Assembly (NCBI GenBank): GCA_965203315.1
Contig: OZ241857.1
Coordinates: 1,504,001-1,568,000, forward strand
DNA from: Nitrosopumilus sp.
GTDB taxonomy: Archaea; Thermoproteota; Nitrososphaeria; Nitrososphaerales; Nitrosopumilaceae
DNA: 64,000 bases
Direction of reading: 5' to 3'
Shown: one piece after another, positions 10,542 through 22,061 of the stretch
Numbering within the stretch: the first letter of the stretch is position 1
How the letters are laid out: each line of letters opens with the position of its first letter
Program-made: the position numbers and the translations under genes
The notes under the pieces: model-generated
The model's database searches: none
What the model was told of the DNA's origin: nothing
The model's input: only the letters and a program-made list of their open reading frames with translations

Positions 10542-11003
10542 ATGAATATTAATCAAAAACAAGAACCGGACTATGAGACTGTAAATATCTCCTATGTTGG
10601 ACTTGTTGATCCTTCTGGTATTGAAGGCATAGTAATTCTCAAGACTGATGGTGGACGTGAGTTACACGTACGTGCATTTACGGGCGAGGTTGCACAGTAT
10701 ATTGGAATCTTTAAGACCTCTCAATACGATGAGATTCCATCCATATACAAAATGATCGAAAGTATCTGCGAAGAGAATGAGATATATCTAGTCAAAGTAA
10801 AGATATACTCTACCGGTCAAGTCTTTCGTGCAAATCTATACTTTACAGGAAGACGAGACATGATTCTACGAAACTATCGTGCATCCGACGCTATTGCTCT
10901 AGCTGCATACTACAAGATTCCTATTCTAGTCAGAAAGAACCTATTCGATGATGCAGAAGCAAATTCCTCTACTTTTATCTCTTCTATGGGCACAGACGTC
11001 TGA
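10542..11003 (+). CDS. Bifunctional nuclease family protein (DUF151)
   Basis: RASDAIALA..YKIPILV motif; TTTATAAA at 10512-10519 supports a start at 10542. Confidence 0.85.
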   Translation: MNINQKQEPDYETVNISYVGLVDPSGIEGIVILKTDGGRELHVRAFTGEVAQYIGIFKTSQYDEIPSIYKMIESICEENEIYLVKVKIYSTGQVFRANLYFTGRRDMILRNYRASDAIALAAYYKIPILVRKNLFDDAEANSSTFISSMGTDV

Positions 11004-11178
11004 TAAACGTCTAGTATCTAGATCTCAACACTCGTCACAATAGATACATCTATAGATCAGAGATACACTAGACGGTGCTTCATAATTCGGCAAACTCATC
11101 ATTGTTCAGCTTAACTTGGTACTAATCATCAGCACAACTCTTGATATGTGTACTATGTGATAAGGTTTTATTTGACTT

Positions 11179-11436
11179 CTAGTATGATATTCTCCGTATA
11201 GCATATGGTTCTTTTAGCATGATCGTATTCCCTTGTGATCTCAATTCGACATGTTTCAAGTTTAGCATAGTTGTTATAACTAGAGCTTCGCAACGTGTAC
11301 ATAACATCGTATCTCCATTTGATCTCGCCTCAATGACTATGTTTGATTCTAGTCTATCCTGTTTGTTACATTTAGGACATAACAATATCCCTTTTGTGGC
11401 AAGTATTATCTCTTTCACAAATATGGTTCGTTCCAT
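11179..11436 (-). CDS. Small Zn-ribbon protein
   Basis: CPKC...CTRC. Confidence 0.75.
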   Translation of the reverse strand: MERTIFVKEIILATKGILLCPKCNKQDRLESNIVIEARSNGDTMLCTRCEALVITTMLNLKHVELRSQGNTIMLKEPYAIRRISY

Positions 11437-11887
11437 GTATACTCTGTCATACAGTCTTAAAAAAAGATTGCTTGTTACTATGACTATGGCAATTTTGAGT
11501 GTAGATTATACCATCTAACCTATGGTCACAAATGAAGTTATTTTCCTGTCTGCTTTGTATATGTGTTCATAGAAAGTCTGTCTCTCACAGATAGATAAAA
11601 CTTGATTGCAATACCAAATACTAGAAAAACTAGTCGTGTTCATGACTATGATCACATAAAGTTCACATACATTCATCGTTCTAGCGTATTATTGATCATT
11701 AGATATTCTGCCTCTAGTTGGTGATAAAATTATTCAACGTAAGAGTCGTGGGCAGGCAAATTATTTTTGTTCATGGCTATAGAACTTGTGTAGCGAATAG
11801 ACCAAAACATAGTTTTGTACATCTCACTCTACAGTCCCAGTTGAATTAAAAAAGAACTATTTATTGTGCGAGTCGATTATCACAACA

Positions 11888-14035
11888 ATGAAAGTAGATG
11901 GACTCAAACTTTCGAGATCCGCAATATCCTTTCTAAAGTCACAAGGTTTCGTAGATCTATATCCTCCCCAAGCAGACAGTGTAAAGGCTGGTCTGCTACG
12001 TGGCAAGAGTCTCTTGATATCTGCTCCCACAGCTAGTGGAAAGACTATGATTGCAACACTTGCAATCTTGAGTCATTTTTCAAATAGGAATAAAAGCAAG
12101 ATAGTATATCTTGGTCCATTACGTGCACTTGCAGCTGAAAAGTATCTAGAGTTTAAGAGACTTGAAGAGGTCTCTGCTAGGATCAAGGTTGGTGTATCTA
12201 CAGGTGACTATGATCGAGCAGATCGAAGCCTCAAGAACCGTAATGTCTTGGTAATGACAAACGAAAAGATGGATGCAATAATCAGACGCGGTGACTCGTG
12301 GATAGATGATATTGGGCTAGTGATCGCAGATGAGATTCATCTGATCGGCGATGAGACTCGTGGACCTGCACTAGAGATGGTTCTCACTCGACTCAAACAA
12401 CTAGAGTCAAGACCACAGATGATCGGCCTTAGCGCTACTGTGACAAACTCTGACAAGATTGCTAAATGGCTAGGTTGCAAGTTGGTCAAGAGCAGTTGGC
12501 GACCTGTTCCACTAGCCGAAGGAGTATGTAGTGATGGTCACGTTGTAATGAACGACAGAAAAAAGTTTAGCGTAAAAAAGAGCACTCGTGGACTAGCAGT
12601 AGATCTGAGTCTTCAATCTATACAAGATGGTGGACAATCTCTAATATTTGCAGAGACCAGATCTCGTTCCAGATCTCTTGCAACAAAGGCGACTACTATA
12701 GTTGAAAAGATGTTGACAAAAGACGACATTAAACAACTAGACAAGGTATCATCCAAGATTCTTGCACGTAGCGAGAATACCGAACTTGTAAAGGCTCTTG
12801 CGGATACAGTAAAGAGTGGAGTCGCATTTCATCATGCCGGTCTAGATCAATACTGTCGAACCATTATCGAAGATGCATTTCGTCTAGGAACAATCAAACT
12901 CTTGACATCCACTCCAACTCTAGCAGCTGGAGTAAATCTTCCTGCAAGGCGAGTGATCATATCTAGTATCAACAGATATAATCCAAAACTGGGCATGAAT
13001 GCTCCAATAAGCGTTCTAGAGTACAAACAGCTCTGTGGACGTGCAGGTAGACCACAATATGATACCTGTGGTGAATCGATAATAATCAGCAGTATGGGCA
13101 TCAATCCAATCATCAAACGTTACATCAAAGGCAAACCTGAACCTATAAAGTCGACACTAGCTACAGAGTCTATAATAAATAGACAATCTGGAGGAGAGCG
13201 GTACTCGCCGCTTAGAGTTCACATGCTCGCACTAGCAGTAACTAATCCAGATATCACATACGATGAGATAGTCGAGTTCTTTTCAGAGACTCTCTGTGGT
13301 ATACAATTGTCAAAAAATACGCTAAAATCAAGGATCGATGATGCGCTAGAGTATTTAGTGATGGGGGAGTTTTTTGTAGAGAGAGACGGTCTATACTCTG
13401 CAACCAAATTTGGGACAGAGATAGCAAAGTTGTATATAGATCCCAAGACTGCCAACGACTTTAAATTCGCAATCCGAGACTTGTCCCCTAAAAGATATAC
13501 TCTAAGTTATCTACATCTGATCACACAAGCATTAGAGTTCTTTCCAAACTATTACATGCGTAGTATAGATGAAGACTCTATAGACAAACTGGTTAACACA
13601 AAATCTGGTGAATGGGTATTTCGTATAATGGAACCTCCATATTCACGCAGCATGCTAGTCTTGAATGATTGGGTAAACGAGTCTAATCATATCAAGATAT
13701 CTGAGAGGTTTGGTATAGAATCTGGTGATGTGTACAGAATGGTAGAGAATGCAGATAGACTGGCGTATTGTTTGCGAGAGATATCAAAGTATATCGATCG
13801 TGATGACATGATCGAAATATTTGATGATCTACGTAAAAGAATCAGGTATGGAATAAAGTCTGATCTCATAGATCTAGTTCAAGTCAGAGGAGTAGGACGA
13901 GTACGTGCTCGTAAATTGTACAAAAGTGGAATAAAGAGTGCTAGGGATTTGAGACGTGCACCAGTAACCAAACTTGCAAAGATCGACAACATTGGAGCCA
14001 ACCTTGCTAAAAAGCTAAAGGCTGCTGCACGATGA
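11888..14035 (+). CDS. hel308: Ski2-like SF2 DNA helicase Hel308/Hjm
   Basis: APTASGKT, DEIH, LSAT, AFHHAGL, TPTLAAGVNLPARRV, GRAGRPQYD, GVGRVRARKL. Confidence 0.95.
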   Translation: MKVDGLKLSRSAISFLKSQGFVDLYPPQADSVKAGLLRGKSLLISAPTASGKTMIATLAILSHFSNRNKSKIVYLGPLRALAAEKYLEFKRLEEVSARIKVGVSTGDYDRADRSLKNRNVLVMTNEKMDAIIRRGDSWIDDIGLVIADEIHLIGDETRGPALEMVLTRLKQLESRPQMIGLSATVTNSDKIAKWLGCKLVKSSWRPVPLAEGVCSDGHVVMNDRKKFSVKKSTRGLAVDLSLQSIQDGGQSLIFAETRSRSRSLATKATTIVEKMLTKDDIKQLDKVSSKILARSENTELVKALADTVKSGVAFHHAGLDQYCRTIIEDAFRLGTIKLLTSTPTLAAGVNLPARRVIISSINRYNPKLGMNAPISVLEYKQLCGRAGRPQYDTCGESIIISSMGINPIIKRYIKGKPEPIKSTLATESIINRQSGGERYSPLRVHMLALAVTNPDITYDEIVEFFSETLCGIQLSKNTLKSRIDDALEYLVMGEFFVERDGLYSATKFGTEIAKLYIDPKTANDFKFAIRDLSPKRYTLSYLHLITQALEFFPNYYMRSIDEDSIDKLVNTKSGEWVFRIMEPPYSRSMLVLNDWVNESNHIKISERFGIESGDVYRMVENADRLAYCLREISKYIDRDDMIEIFDDLRKRIRYGIKSDLIDLVQVRGVGRVRARKLYKSGIKSARDLRRAPVTKLAKIDNIGANLAKKLKAAAR

Positions 14036-14337
14036 TCTCGAACTGTTCTAGTTTGAGAGTATTGACTATTGATCATATATCTAGATTTGTAGACTAGTGT
14101 TGATTCGATACCTGGATAGCTTTACTATAGAGCCATTCTTGAACCTGATGTAACTCGAGATCATATCTGTATCTATGGTTTTGATAGATGCATCTCGCCT
14201 CATTATATTGTGATTAATGTGATCTCTAGTTGATACTGATTACATATATTTAGACTCTTTTTGAAAAAAGGTCAAAGTGTGATAGTGATGTCTATAAAGT
14301 TCAACATGAATAAAGAGGATAATTCTGGAGATGACAA

Positions 14338-15690
14338 ATGATATTTGAGACTGCCTTCGGTATAACTGCCATTCTATCCATCATACTGGGTGTACTGTGC
14401 GTCAAGATCAACAGATCGAAGGTAATTTCTGAGAGATCTAAATCTGAGCTAGAGAGTTCAAAGACAGAACTGGAGAGATTAAACATGGAATTAGAGTTTA
14501 AACTAAACTCTCTTCAAAATAGCGATGATCATATAGTGGCATTATCCAACAGGATCATATCACAAAACAATGAAGAGTTTAAGAGAACTGCAACTGATCC
14601 AATCAACATAACAATCAAAGATCTGAACGCAAAGATAGAAAAGATGACAACAGAGAATGAGACTAGTAAGGTTTCACTTGCTACAAATATGGAAAAGATC
14701 GCCGAGACGACAAAGAAAGATATCATAGATCTATCAAGCAGAGTTATATCACAAAACAATGAGGACTTTAAGAGAAATACAACGGATCCAATAAGTACAA
14801 CAATAAGAGATCTGAACGAAAAGATAGAAAAGATGATGAGAGACGATGCAACCAGCACAGCCTCGTTTGATACACACATGAAACATCTGGCAGAGACAAC
14901 AAAACTGTTGTTAAAAGACACAAAGACTATCTCTGATGTACTAAAAAATCCACTAAAACACGGCAGACATGCAGAACTTGGTTTGGAGCGCGTATTCGAA
15001 TTGTCGGGTCTGCATAAAGGCATACATTATCGTGTTCAAGAGACAACAGAGTCAGGAAGACCTGACTTTATAATAACACTATCTGAAGAGCGTTCTTTCA
15101 TCGTTGATTCAAAAGCTCCGTTAGCTGCATTGTGGTCTGCTTTTAATACTGATGATGAAGCTACTAGGTCTGCAGATCTTGACAAGCATGTACAAAATGT
15201 AAAAAAACACATCAACGACTTGTCAAAAAAGGAGTATTGGATGTCAAAAGAGTCATCTATAGATTATGTGATTATGGTGATGCATGAATATGCATTAATG
15301 CCTGCACTAGACAGATATCCAGAGTTGACAGAGTATGCATTAGAGAGACATGTAATACTAGTTACTCCATCTACACTTATGGTGTTGTTACATGTTGTGA
15401 TGCTAATGTGGCGTGAAAGAGATCTAGAACAAAAGATTAAAAGTATAGGCATAGAGTATTCAAATATTCATAAGCGATTAAATAAATTTGCTGAATACTA
15501 TAACACAACTGGCAAGAAACTAGCAGATGCAATATCGAGTTATAATAGTGGCATACGATCATGGGATAGATATATTCTGCCTGGCGCAGATAGGATAACA
15601 CAAGCAGGTCTAGCTGGAAATATGAAAGAGTTGGACGAAATTGATAAAACTCCGAATCAATTGCGATTGAGTGATACAGAACCGCAATAG
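14338..15690 (+). CDS. rmuC: RmuC-family DNA recombination protein
   Basis: N-terminal TM helix, coiled coil, GRHAELGLERV, RPDFII, IVDSKAPL, LSKKEYW, VTPSTL. Confidence 0.88.
   Translation: MIFETAFGITAILSIILGVLCVKINRSKVISERSKSELESSKTELERLNMELEFKLNSLQNSDDHIVALSNRIISQNNEEFKRTATDPINITIKDLNAKIEKMTTENETSKVSLATNMEKIAETTKKDIIDLSSRVISQNNEDFKRNTTDPISTTIRDLNEKIEKMMRDDATSTASFDTHMKHLAETTKLLLKDTKTISDVLKNPLKHGRHAELGLERVFELSGLHKGIHYRVQETTESGRPDFIITLSEERSFIVDSKAPLAALWSAFNTDDEATRSADLDKHVQNVKKHINDLSKKEYWMSKESSIDYVIMVMHEYALMPALDRYPELTEYALERHVILVTPSTLMVLLHVVMLMWRERDLEQKIKSIGIEYSNIHKRLNKFAEYYNTTGKKLADAISSYNSGIRSWDRYILPGADRITQAGLAGNMKELDEIDKTPNQLRLSDTEPQ
14542..14905 (+). repeat. Internal tandem duplication in rmuC (two units, ~189-bp period)
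   Basis: LSNRIISQNNEEFKR...IAETTK versus LSSRVISQNNEDFKR...LAETTK. Confidence 0.85.
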
Positions 15691-16793
15691 TTGCAAAGGA
15701 AGAATTTATTGCAAGATTCATTGAATTTAATGTATGAGAGTGCACAATTACTGCAATCAAAACTGATCAATTTGCTCACTAGATATTATGTACAATTCGT
15801 ATAGCCTTGTGCATAACGAAAAAATCAAAACTACAAATGCCATTTCTAAAGGTAAAAATTAACAAAGCAACATGACTGCTGGATGATATTTGGAGCAATT
15901 TGAATTGTGCATGAAGCTGAAAGAGATAGAGAGTAGACTTGTGGGTTTATGATACTGTACATAAATCCTTGAAAAGTTTATTGAGAATCTAACGTAGCAG
16001 CAATTGTCTAAACTAGTCGATCATTTGATTCATACATGCGTGTTTTGGAGATCCATTGCGGAGACTCGATCAACGGAACTTCAAAAAATCTAATAACCAC
16101 TAAATCATTTACAGTATGAGGTATGACTACAATACCAAATATTCTCGATCAGGTCATTTTACATGACGCTCAGAGAAAGATTTTGGGTGATATACAGTTA
16201 ACGCAAATGTGCCTCTTCCTCGAGGTGAATGTTTGGCGGTGGCCACATTTCCATAAATTTATTTACAAATCGTTCAAGTTTCTTTTTAAATCCGTATTGC
16301 GAAATTTGTCTGCCATTCACATAAAACATATCATTCTTTTTTCGTGGATTGCGTGCGATTATCCACCCATTATAAATCGCTGAACTTAGTATATACATGA
16401 GTTTTCTCACTCTGTGATCCCTACTTGATGTTTTTAGTTTGAATCTATCGACACTGCGATATCCTGTTTCGATAATCCATCTCTTTTTGTACTTGTCAAT
16501 GTTAATTCGTGCATTGTTTGTCGCAAATGCAATATATCCAGACTCGGTTCTAGTACTCTCTTCAATGATCATCGAATACTCTGCAGCGAGACCTTTCTTT
16601 CGGTTTTTCATCGTGCGTTTTGATACTCGTTTATATTTTCCTTTACCGAATTCTTTAATACATTTTTTGACTGGAATACTTTCTTTGCAAGGCATGAGAT
16701 AAGTCAAGTGTCTTCTGTTAAACAGATCAATCACTTCTGTTATGCAGAACTCTTTATCTAGTGTGAATGTGCCTGGATTTATCCCAAATTTCT

Positions 16794-18048
16794 CAGTACT
16801 TCCAAATGTCTCTTTAAATAACGAAAATTATATAGAAATAGAAAGATCTATAAAGGGTTTCTAAAAATAACTTTTGTTGAAAAACAAAAATGAATTAAAT
16901 GGACAGCGATTTAGAAGACATTTAGAATATTCTCGATATACTGCATTTTTAAATGATTTAGATATTCCTGTGTCTAAAAAAAATAATGCAAAGTTTGGTA
17001 AAGAAGATGTTTTATCCATTATGTTTAAAACAGCCATGTCTAAAAGTACAATAACTGGACATTCAACTTCAATGAAAATGAGGAAAAAGCGTGCTCCATC
17101 TCCAGAATATTTTAGACTATTATTCAAAAAGGCAGCAGCTGATTTTGACAACTTTAAATTTAAAAGGTCAGTAAAAAGCAACATCGCAGCATTACAGGAT
17201 ATGGGTCGTTGGTCTAAAGAGCCAAAAGATATAGCAATTGATCTGCACAAATATGCACGATATGATGACAAAACAGATACTAAACTATGCTATGGTCCGG
17301 TTGACGACAGATATGCATTACATGAAAAGTACATGACAGCACAAGTCATAAACGAAGGCGAAACACTAGTTGTGTCAAAACATGCCATGTACAAAGGAGA
17401 CCAAAACCCCAATTTTGTGCGTAAAATCATCAAAGATTGTGAAGATCTGCGTCTGGACATTGGTAACTGGTTGATGGATCGTGAGTTTCTTACTACACAG
17501 ATCTTGCAGCTGCTGCAAGGTCGAGGTTACACATTTCTCACCATCTGTCAAAATAACGCCAAGACAAGGCGATATCTAGAAGAGTACAAACAAGGAAAAC
17601 GTAAACGAGTATCAAAACGTACGATCTCTAATGGCAAAGGCTTGTCAATGGACTATTACATGATCATAGAAGAAATTGAAAAGGATGGTAAAATAGACTA
17701 CATTCCATTTGCAACAAACAATCCAAGAATTGATACAAAAAAATACGCAAAGCGATGGGTTATTGAAACTGGATATAGGGTAGTCGATAAGATGAGATTA
17801 CCAACTACAACTAAAAATGAATCAGTAAGAGATTTGTTGTTTTCTTTTTCTCTTTTGTTTTATAATGCTTGGATCATAGCACGTAACATAGATGATGAAA
17901 ATGATCCATTGAATGTTGGTTGGTGGCACATTCCTCAACTTACGTTCAGAGATCTTGTGCTAGATTACATTGAACTCTATCGAGAAAAATGGCCTCCACC
18001 AAAGATTGCCGCTGCAGCTTGTTAATAAGCAGACAGTTGGAAGTACTG
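16794..18048 (+). mobile_element. ISH3/IS4-like element B, copy 1 (1255 bp)
   Basis: TIR CAGTACTTCCAA(A/C)TGTCT; 7-bp TSD AATTTCT; near-identical copy at 42690-43944. Confidence 0.93.
16874..18025 (+). CDS. ISH3/IS4-like DDE transposase
   Basis: IAIDLH, LMDREF, YAKRWVIETGYR (YREK-type motif). Confidence 0.92.
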   Translation: MLKNKNELNGQRFRRHLEYSRYTAFLNDLDIPVSKKNNAKFGKEDVLSIMFKTAMSKSTITGHSTSMKMRKKRAPSPEYFRLLFKKAAADFDNFKFKRSVKSNIAALQDMGRWSKEPKDIAIDLHKYARYDDKTDTKLCYGPVDDRYALHEKYMTAQVINEGETLVVSKHAMYKGDQNPNFVRKIIKDCEDLRLDIGNWLMDREFLTTQILQLLQGRGYTFLTICQNNAKTRRYLEEYKQGKRKRVSKRTISNGKGLSMDYYMIIEEIEKDGKIDYIPFATNNPRIDTKKYAKRWVIETGYRVVDKMRLPTTTKNESVRDLLFSFSLLFYNAWIIARNIDDENDPLNVGWWHIPQLTFRDLVLDYIELYREKWPPPKIAAAAC

Positions 18049-20457
18049 AATTTCTTGGCTTTTTCGAGGATTTTACGTATACAATCAACGTTTGTGTCTT
18101 CATCTGACATGCCAAATATTGCAAACACTATTGATGACCCGTTGATGGTGATTTGAGCTGTGATGTGTTTTTGATACTGACATGTCTTTTTGTCAATCTT
18201 ACCACGATGCAGATAATCACTTTCTGTTTTATCGAACCTCAGATCCTTGTGTATATCTATTGCAATGTCTTGAACACTAGGCCAACGCCCCTTGCGTTTT
18301 AATATTCTAATTTGTTCCTTAACTATCCTATCAAACATTGCTTCTGGATCACATTCATTTACCATTTTTATGAATAATGTTCTAACCCATTCACCAGTAG
18401 GCATACCATTGTCTTTATTATTATTTGCAACATCTGCAATATTTGCTTTTGACATTATCGACTTAAACAAGAGAGAGAAAACTGTAGAAGTACCATACAT
18501 GGCATTGTAATTTTGTGATATGGGAAAAGATATTTCGGTTAACCATTTTGTAATTTTATTATCTTCAATGTATTTTGCAAACTTTCGTTCATATTTTTCA
18601 ATTTGATTTTGCAATGGTTATTGATTTTTAATACCCTTTATAGATCTTTCTATTTTTGTTTATAGGTTTTAAGATCACATTTGCGTTAACTGATATAGAG
18701 AAAGAATTGAAAAAGTATAACAAAATCGTTCTATCAGCTCCACCGGGCTTTGGCAAATCCATTATCGCAGCTGCTTTGGCAGACAAATACAAAAGTTCGT
18801 TTATCGTCACAACCACAAAACTACTTCAGGATCAATATGCGGATTTTTTCAAAGATCTCAAATCAGTTAAGGGCAAGTCAAACTTTGTTTGTTTAAAACA
18901 GATGGAACAACACAAACCGGACAGTATTATAGATCATGGTATTGCCCTTGATATGAAGATGACATGTGATACTGGAGAATGTAGGGAACAAATCACTGAA
19001 AATGGTAAAATCAAATATCAGGACTGTAAATTTAAACCGAGAATAGATGAATCCGAGTCAAAATCTTCTACTGATGTGTGTTATTATTATAAGCAAAAAT
19101 TTGATGGATTACGTAACAATCATTCGGTATGGAATTATTATTCATACTTTCAAGTGCTAACGCACGATCACAACCCCTACCTAAACTATTTAAATAGAGA
19201 AATAACCATATTTGATGAAGCCCACAACCTTGAAAGTAATATACGTGAATTTGCCAAAATTGATATTTCTACAACACAATTGCAAGAGTGTGGAATTACT
19301 TTGTGTAATTATGTCAATTATGATATGAACGACATATGTAATATCTTGTACAATATGAAGCAGTACTATTCAACTCAGATTAAGAACTTTGACAATAGTC
19401 ATGAATCTCAAAATAATTTTGTTGACAATATAATCTCGATTGAAAAAACTATAGATAAAATAAAACATAACAACGCATTCTTTTCAGATCAACATCAGAG
19501 CTTTGTTCTAAATACAAATACTCAAGAATCTTATGTATCCTTTATACCACAAGACATATCTATATATGCGCACAAGTTCTTTCATAAAAAGCATCAGATA
19601 TTCATCTCGTCATTTCTCGACTTTGATCTATTTTGTGAATCACTCAAAATACCAAAAAACATGATCAAATTTATAAATGTATCGGATCTTCAGTTTCGAT
19701 CTACAAATTACGTTAAATTCTTTGATGTAGCCCCTTTCGTTCATAATAGACCAGATATAATTTCCAAATTCTCAAGATGCGTTGATGAAATACTAGATAA
19801 ACATCATGATGAGCGAGGATTAATACTCGCATCATCTCGTAGCTTGTGTAATGAAATACTAGATGAATTATCTGTACGCAACAAGGCTAGAGTTAGGTTA
19901 TGTCACACATCAAACAATCCTAGTAACCAAACCCCCGATGAGATAATTCGAGAACACACAATTACTTCACATGGTGTTCTATTGTCATCATCTTTGTGGG
20001 ATGGTATAGATCTCAAAGATGATATATCTAGATTTCAAATAATTCTAAGCCTTCCATACACTCCACACAGTGATCCTACCGGCATGATCCATAAAGGAGA
20101 TTCGTCTTGGCGTGATACTCAAACCGCATCCAAGCTGCTGCGAGGTCTAGGTAGATCTATACGAAACGATCAAGATTGGGCAGATACATACATTCTTGAC
20201 TCTAATATTCACAAACTCCTCTCAGATGCAAGAGATACTATTCCAAAGTCATATTATGATATTTTTAATATTAAAGATGACAAAGTATCATATTTGCGTA
20301 AACTGTTTCAACACATGTTCAGAAGATAGATTCACACATCTACAATCTATCTTTATAGTTAGATGTGTGATATTTACATGATTTAATATTTTTGATCAAT
20401 GACTTATTCACACATAGACCATTTGAATTTATATGTCCAAATCTACTTGGTGTATAC

Positions 20458-21195
20458 ATGACATGTGATTCTAATAATCCGAATTTTTCGTATGAGCATT
20501 ATAGATCAATTCTACTCAATTTAAAAGAGAGATACAAATTCTCCAACTTTGACAACAACTCAACAAATGATGTAATACTAAGACATGATGTTGATATATC
20601 TCTAGACTATGCACTAGAGATGGCCAAGATCGAACACAAGCTAGACGTAACAGCAACCTACTTTATCTTATTTCATGCTGATTTGTACAACCCATTTAAT
20701 ATTCATTCTACACGTGTAGTCTCTGAGATTCTCAAACTCGGTCACAAGATTGGATTTCATTATGATATATCATACTATGAAGAGAATAATTTAGTCCCTA
20801 AAGATACAGTATTAAAAGAGATTAAGATTATGGAACAAGAATATGGCACAGAGATCTCTGTTGTCTCTGCACATAGACCAAGCAGAAAGTATGTTGCACT
20901 AGATCTTCCAGAGTACAGAGATGCATATGCAGACGAATTTGTAAAGGATCGCAAGTATCTTAGTGATAGTGGCAAAAACTGGAGAGAAGGCTGCATATGT
21001 AAAAACTATACCAAATACGACAAGATTCAACTTTTGATACATCCAGTATGGTGGACTAAAGATAACCTCTCAAGAGAACAGATACTAGATAGGGAGAACG
21101 GTACCAATACAACATATGCTAAAGCAGTTATACAATGGAGACAAGAGATTGCAGATTATCTACAAAAATTAGAAGTGCAATCGAATCATTCTTGA
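20458..21195 (+). CDS. Polysaccharide deacetylase-like protein
   Basis: LRHDVD, ATYFI, GHKIGFHYD, SAHRP, QLLIHPVWW. Confidence 0.8.
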   Translation: MTCDSNNPNFSYEHYRSILLNLKERYKFSNFDNNSTNDVILRHDVDISLDYALEMAKIEHKLDVTATYFILFHADLYNPFNIHSTRVVSEILKLGHKIGFHYDISYYEENNLVPKDTVLKEIKIMEQEYGTEISVVSAHRPSRKYVALDLPEYRDAYADEFVKDRKYLSDSGKNWREGCICKNYTKYDKIQLLIHPVWWTKDNLSREQILDRENGTNTTYAKAVIQWRQEIADYLQKLEVQSNHS

Positions 21196-21725
21196 ATTCT
21201 TCCAGGTATACCAAATATTGTAGAACCGTTAGGTACATTTGTGTTTATAAATGAACATGCGCCTATGATACAGTCGTCGCCAATTATTACATGTTCTTTG
21301 ATGAAGGAGTTTGTCCATATGGTAGATCTACATCCCACCTTCGTACTGCCGCCAATTATACAGTGCGGTCCTATAATGCAGTCACTGCCAATTATAGCAT
21401 TATGTCCAATATGTGTTCCATTATCTATCTTTGTGCCAGAACCAATTATTGTATCGTGCATATTTCCACGATCTATAGTACAGTTGGCTCCAATATGTAC
21501 ATCATCACCAATTATGACTTTGCCATAGTGCGGAAATTTTTCTAGTCTTCCAGTCTCATTTCGTTCAAATCCAAAACCATCTGTTCCAATTACCGTTCCT
21601 TCTTTGTATTTGACATTTTTGCCAAGATGTATCACACCTTGATTAAAAGCATCAGTCATTGTGAGAATCTCTGTCATTCCTCGTTCCTGTGTAATTTTTC
21701 TGATGAAATTGAGTCTCTCAGTCAT
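21186..21725 (-). CDS. LpxD-like hexapeptide-repeat acyltransferase
   Basis: IGTDGFGF, GKVIIGDDVHIGANCTIDRG, TKIDN..HIGHN. Confidence 0.88.
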   Translation of the reverse strand: MTERLNFIRKITQERGMTEILTMTDAFNQGVIHLGKNVKYKEGTVIGTDGFGFERNETGRLEKFPHYGKVIIGDDVHIGANCTIDRGNMHDTIIGSGTKIDNGTHIGHNAIIGSDCIIGPHCIIGGSTKVGCRSTIWTNSFIKEHVIIGDDCIIGACSFINTNVPNGSTIFGIPGRIQE

Positions 21726-21873
21726 GAGTTAATGGTGTCTGTTCGGACTATTTTATCTTTTGTTGATTTTCATAATGTGTAGTACAAAAAGTCGTTCATC
21801 CATAGCCAGATGACTAGGCCAAGCAAACAATCCGTGTTGCAGTGTAAATGAAGGCATGTGGGTTTACTCAGAC

Positions 21874-21993
21874 GGTTCTCTTCGATTTACGTGGGATAAA
21901 ATTTTCAGAGAAAAAAGCACTACAAAATACTGTGGGGAAAATTTAGGGTCAAAGTCTTGTAAAAATACCATCCCATGTAAATCGAAGAGATCC
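21874..21993. mobile_element. MITE, IS6-derived GGATCT family
   Basis: GGTTCTCTTCGATTTACGTGGGAT...ATCCCATGTAAATCGAAGAGATCC. Confidence 0.85.
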
Positions 21994-22061
21994 CAAATGA
22001 TGGGGTGAACAGCTTTTTTATATTTCATAGTTTTTTCTGCCTAGAAAAACTTATAGAATAG

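Larger units (their letters stand above)
16195..18692 (-). mobile_element. ISH3/IS4-like element A (transposase split 18614-18049 and 16793-16198)
   Basis: 17-bp TIR CAGTTAACGCAAATGTG; 5-bp TSD ATATA; IAIDIH, LDKEF, YKKRWIIETGYR. Confidence 0.9.
16123..20329 (+). pseudogene. DinG/XPD-like helicase (paralog of 60350-62056) interrupted after codon 24 by nested ISs
   Basis: Removing 16195-18697 rejoins AQRKILGDI-EKELKKYNKIVLSAPPGFGKS; DEAHN intact; motifs III and VI altered (ISSF, LLRGLGRSIR). Confidence 0.85.

Noticed and set aside
11630-11785. Short inverted-repeat remnants (also near 1660-1716, 2770-2800, 52400-52432, 54640-54733, 58020-58160)
   Set aside because: Probably decayed MITE ends; too degenerate to delimit reliably.
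16861-17271. 136-aa antisense ORF present twice (also 42757-43167)
   Set aside because: It is identical only because the IS copies are near-identical; no independent coding evidence.
21186-21725. LpxD-like gene as evidence of lipid A synthesis
   Set aside because: It is short, lacks the LpxD N-terminal domain and has no other lpx genes nearby; more likely a sugar acyltransferase.
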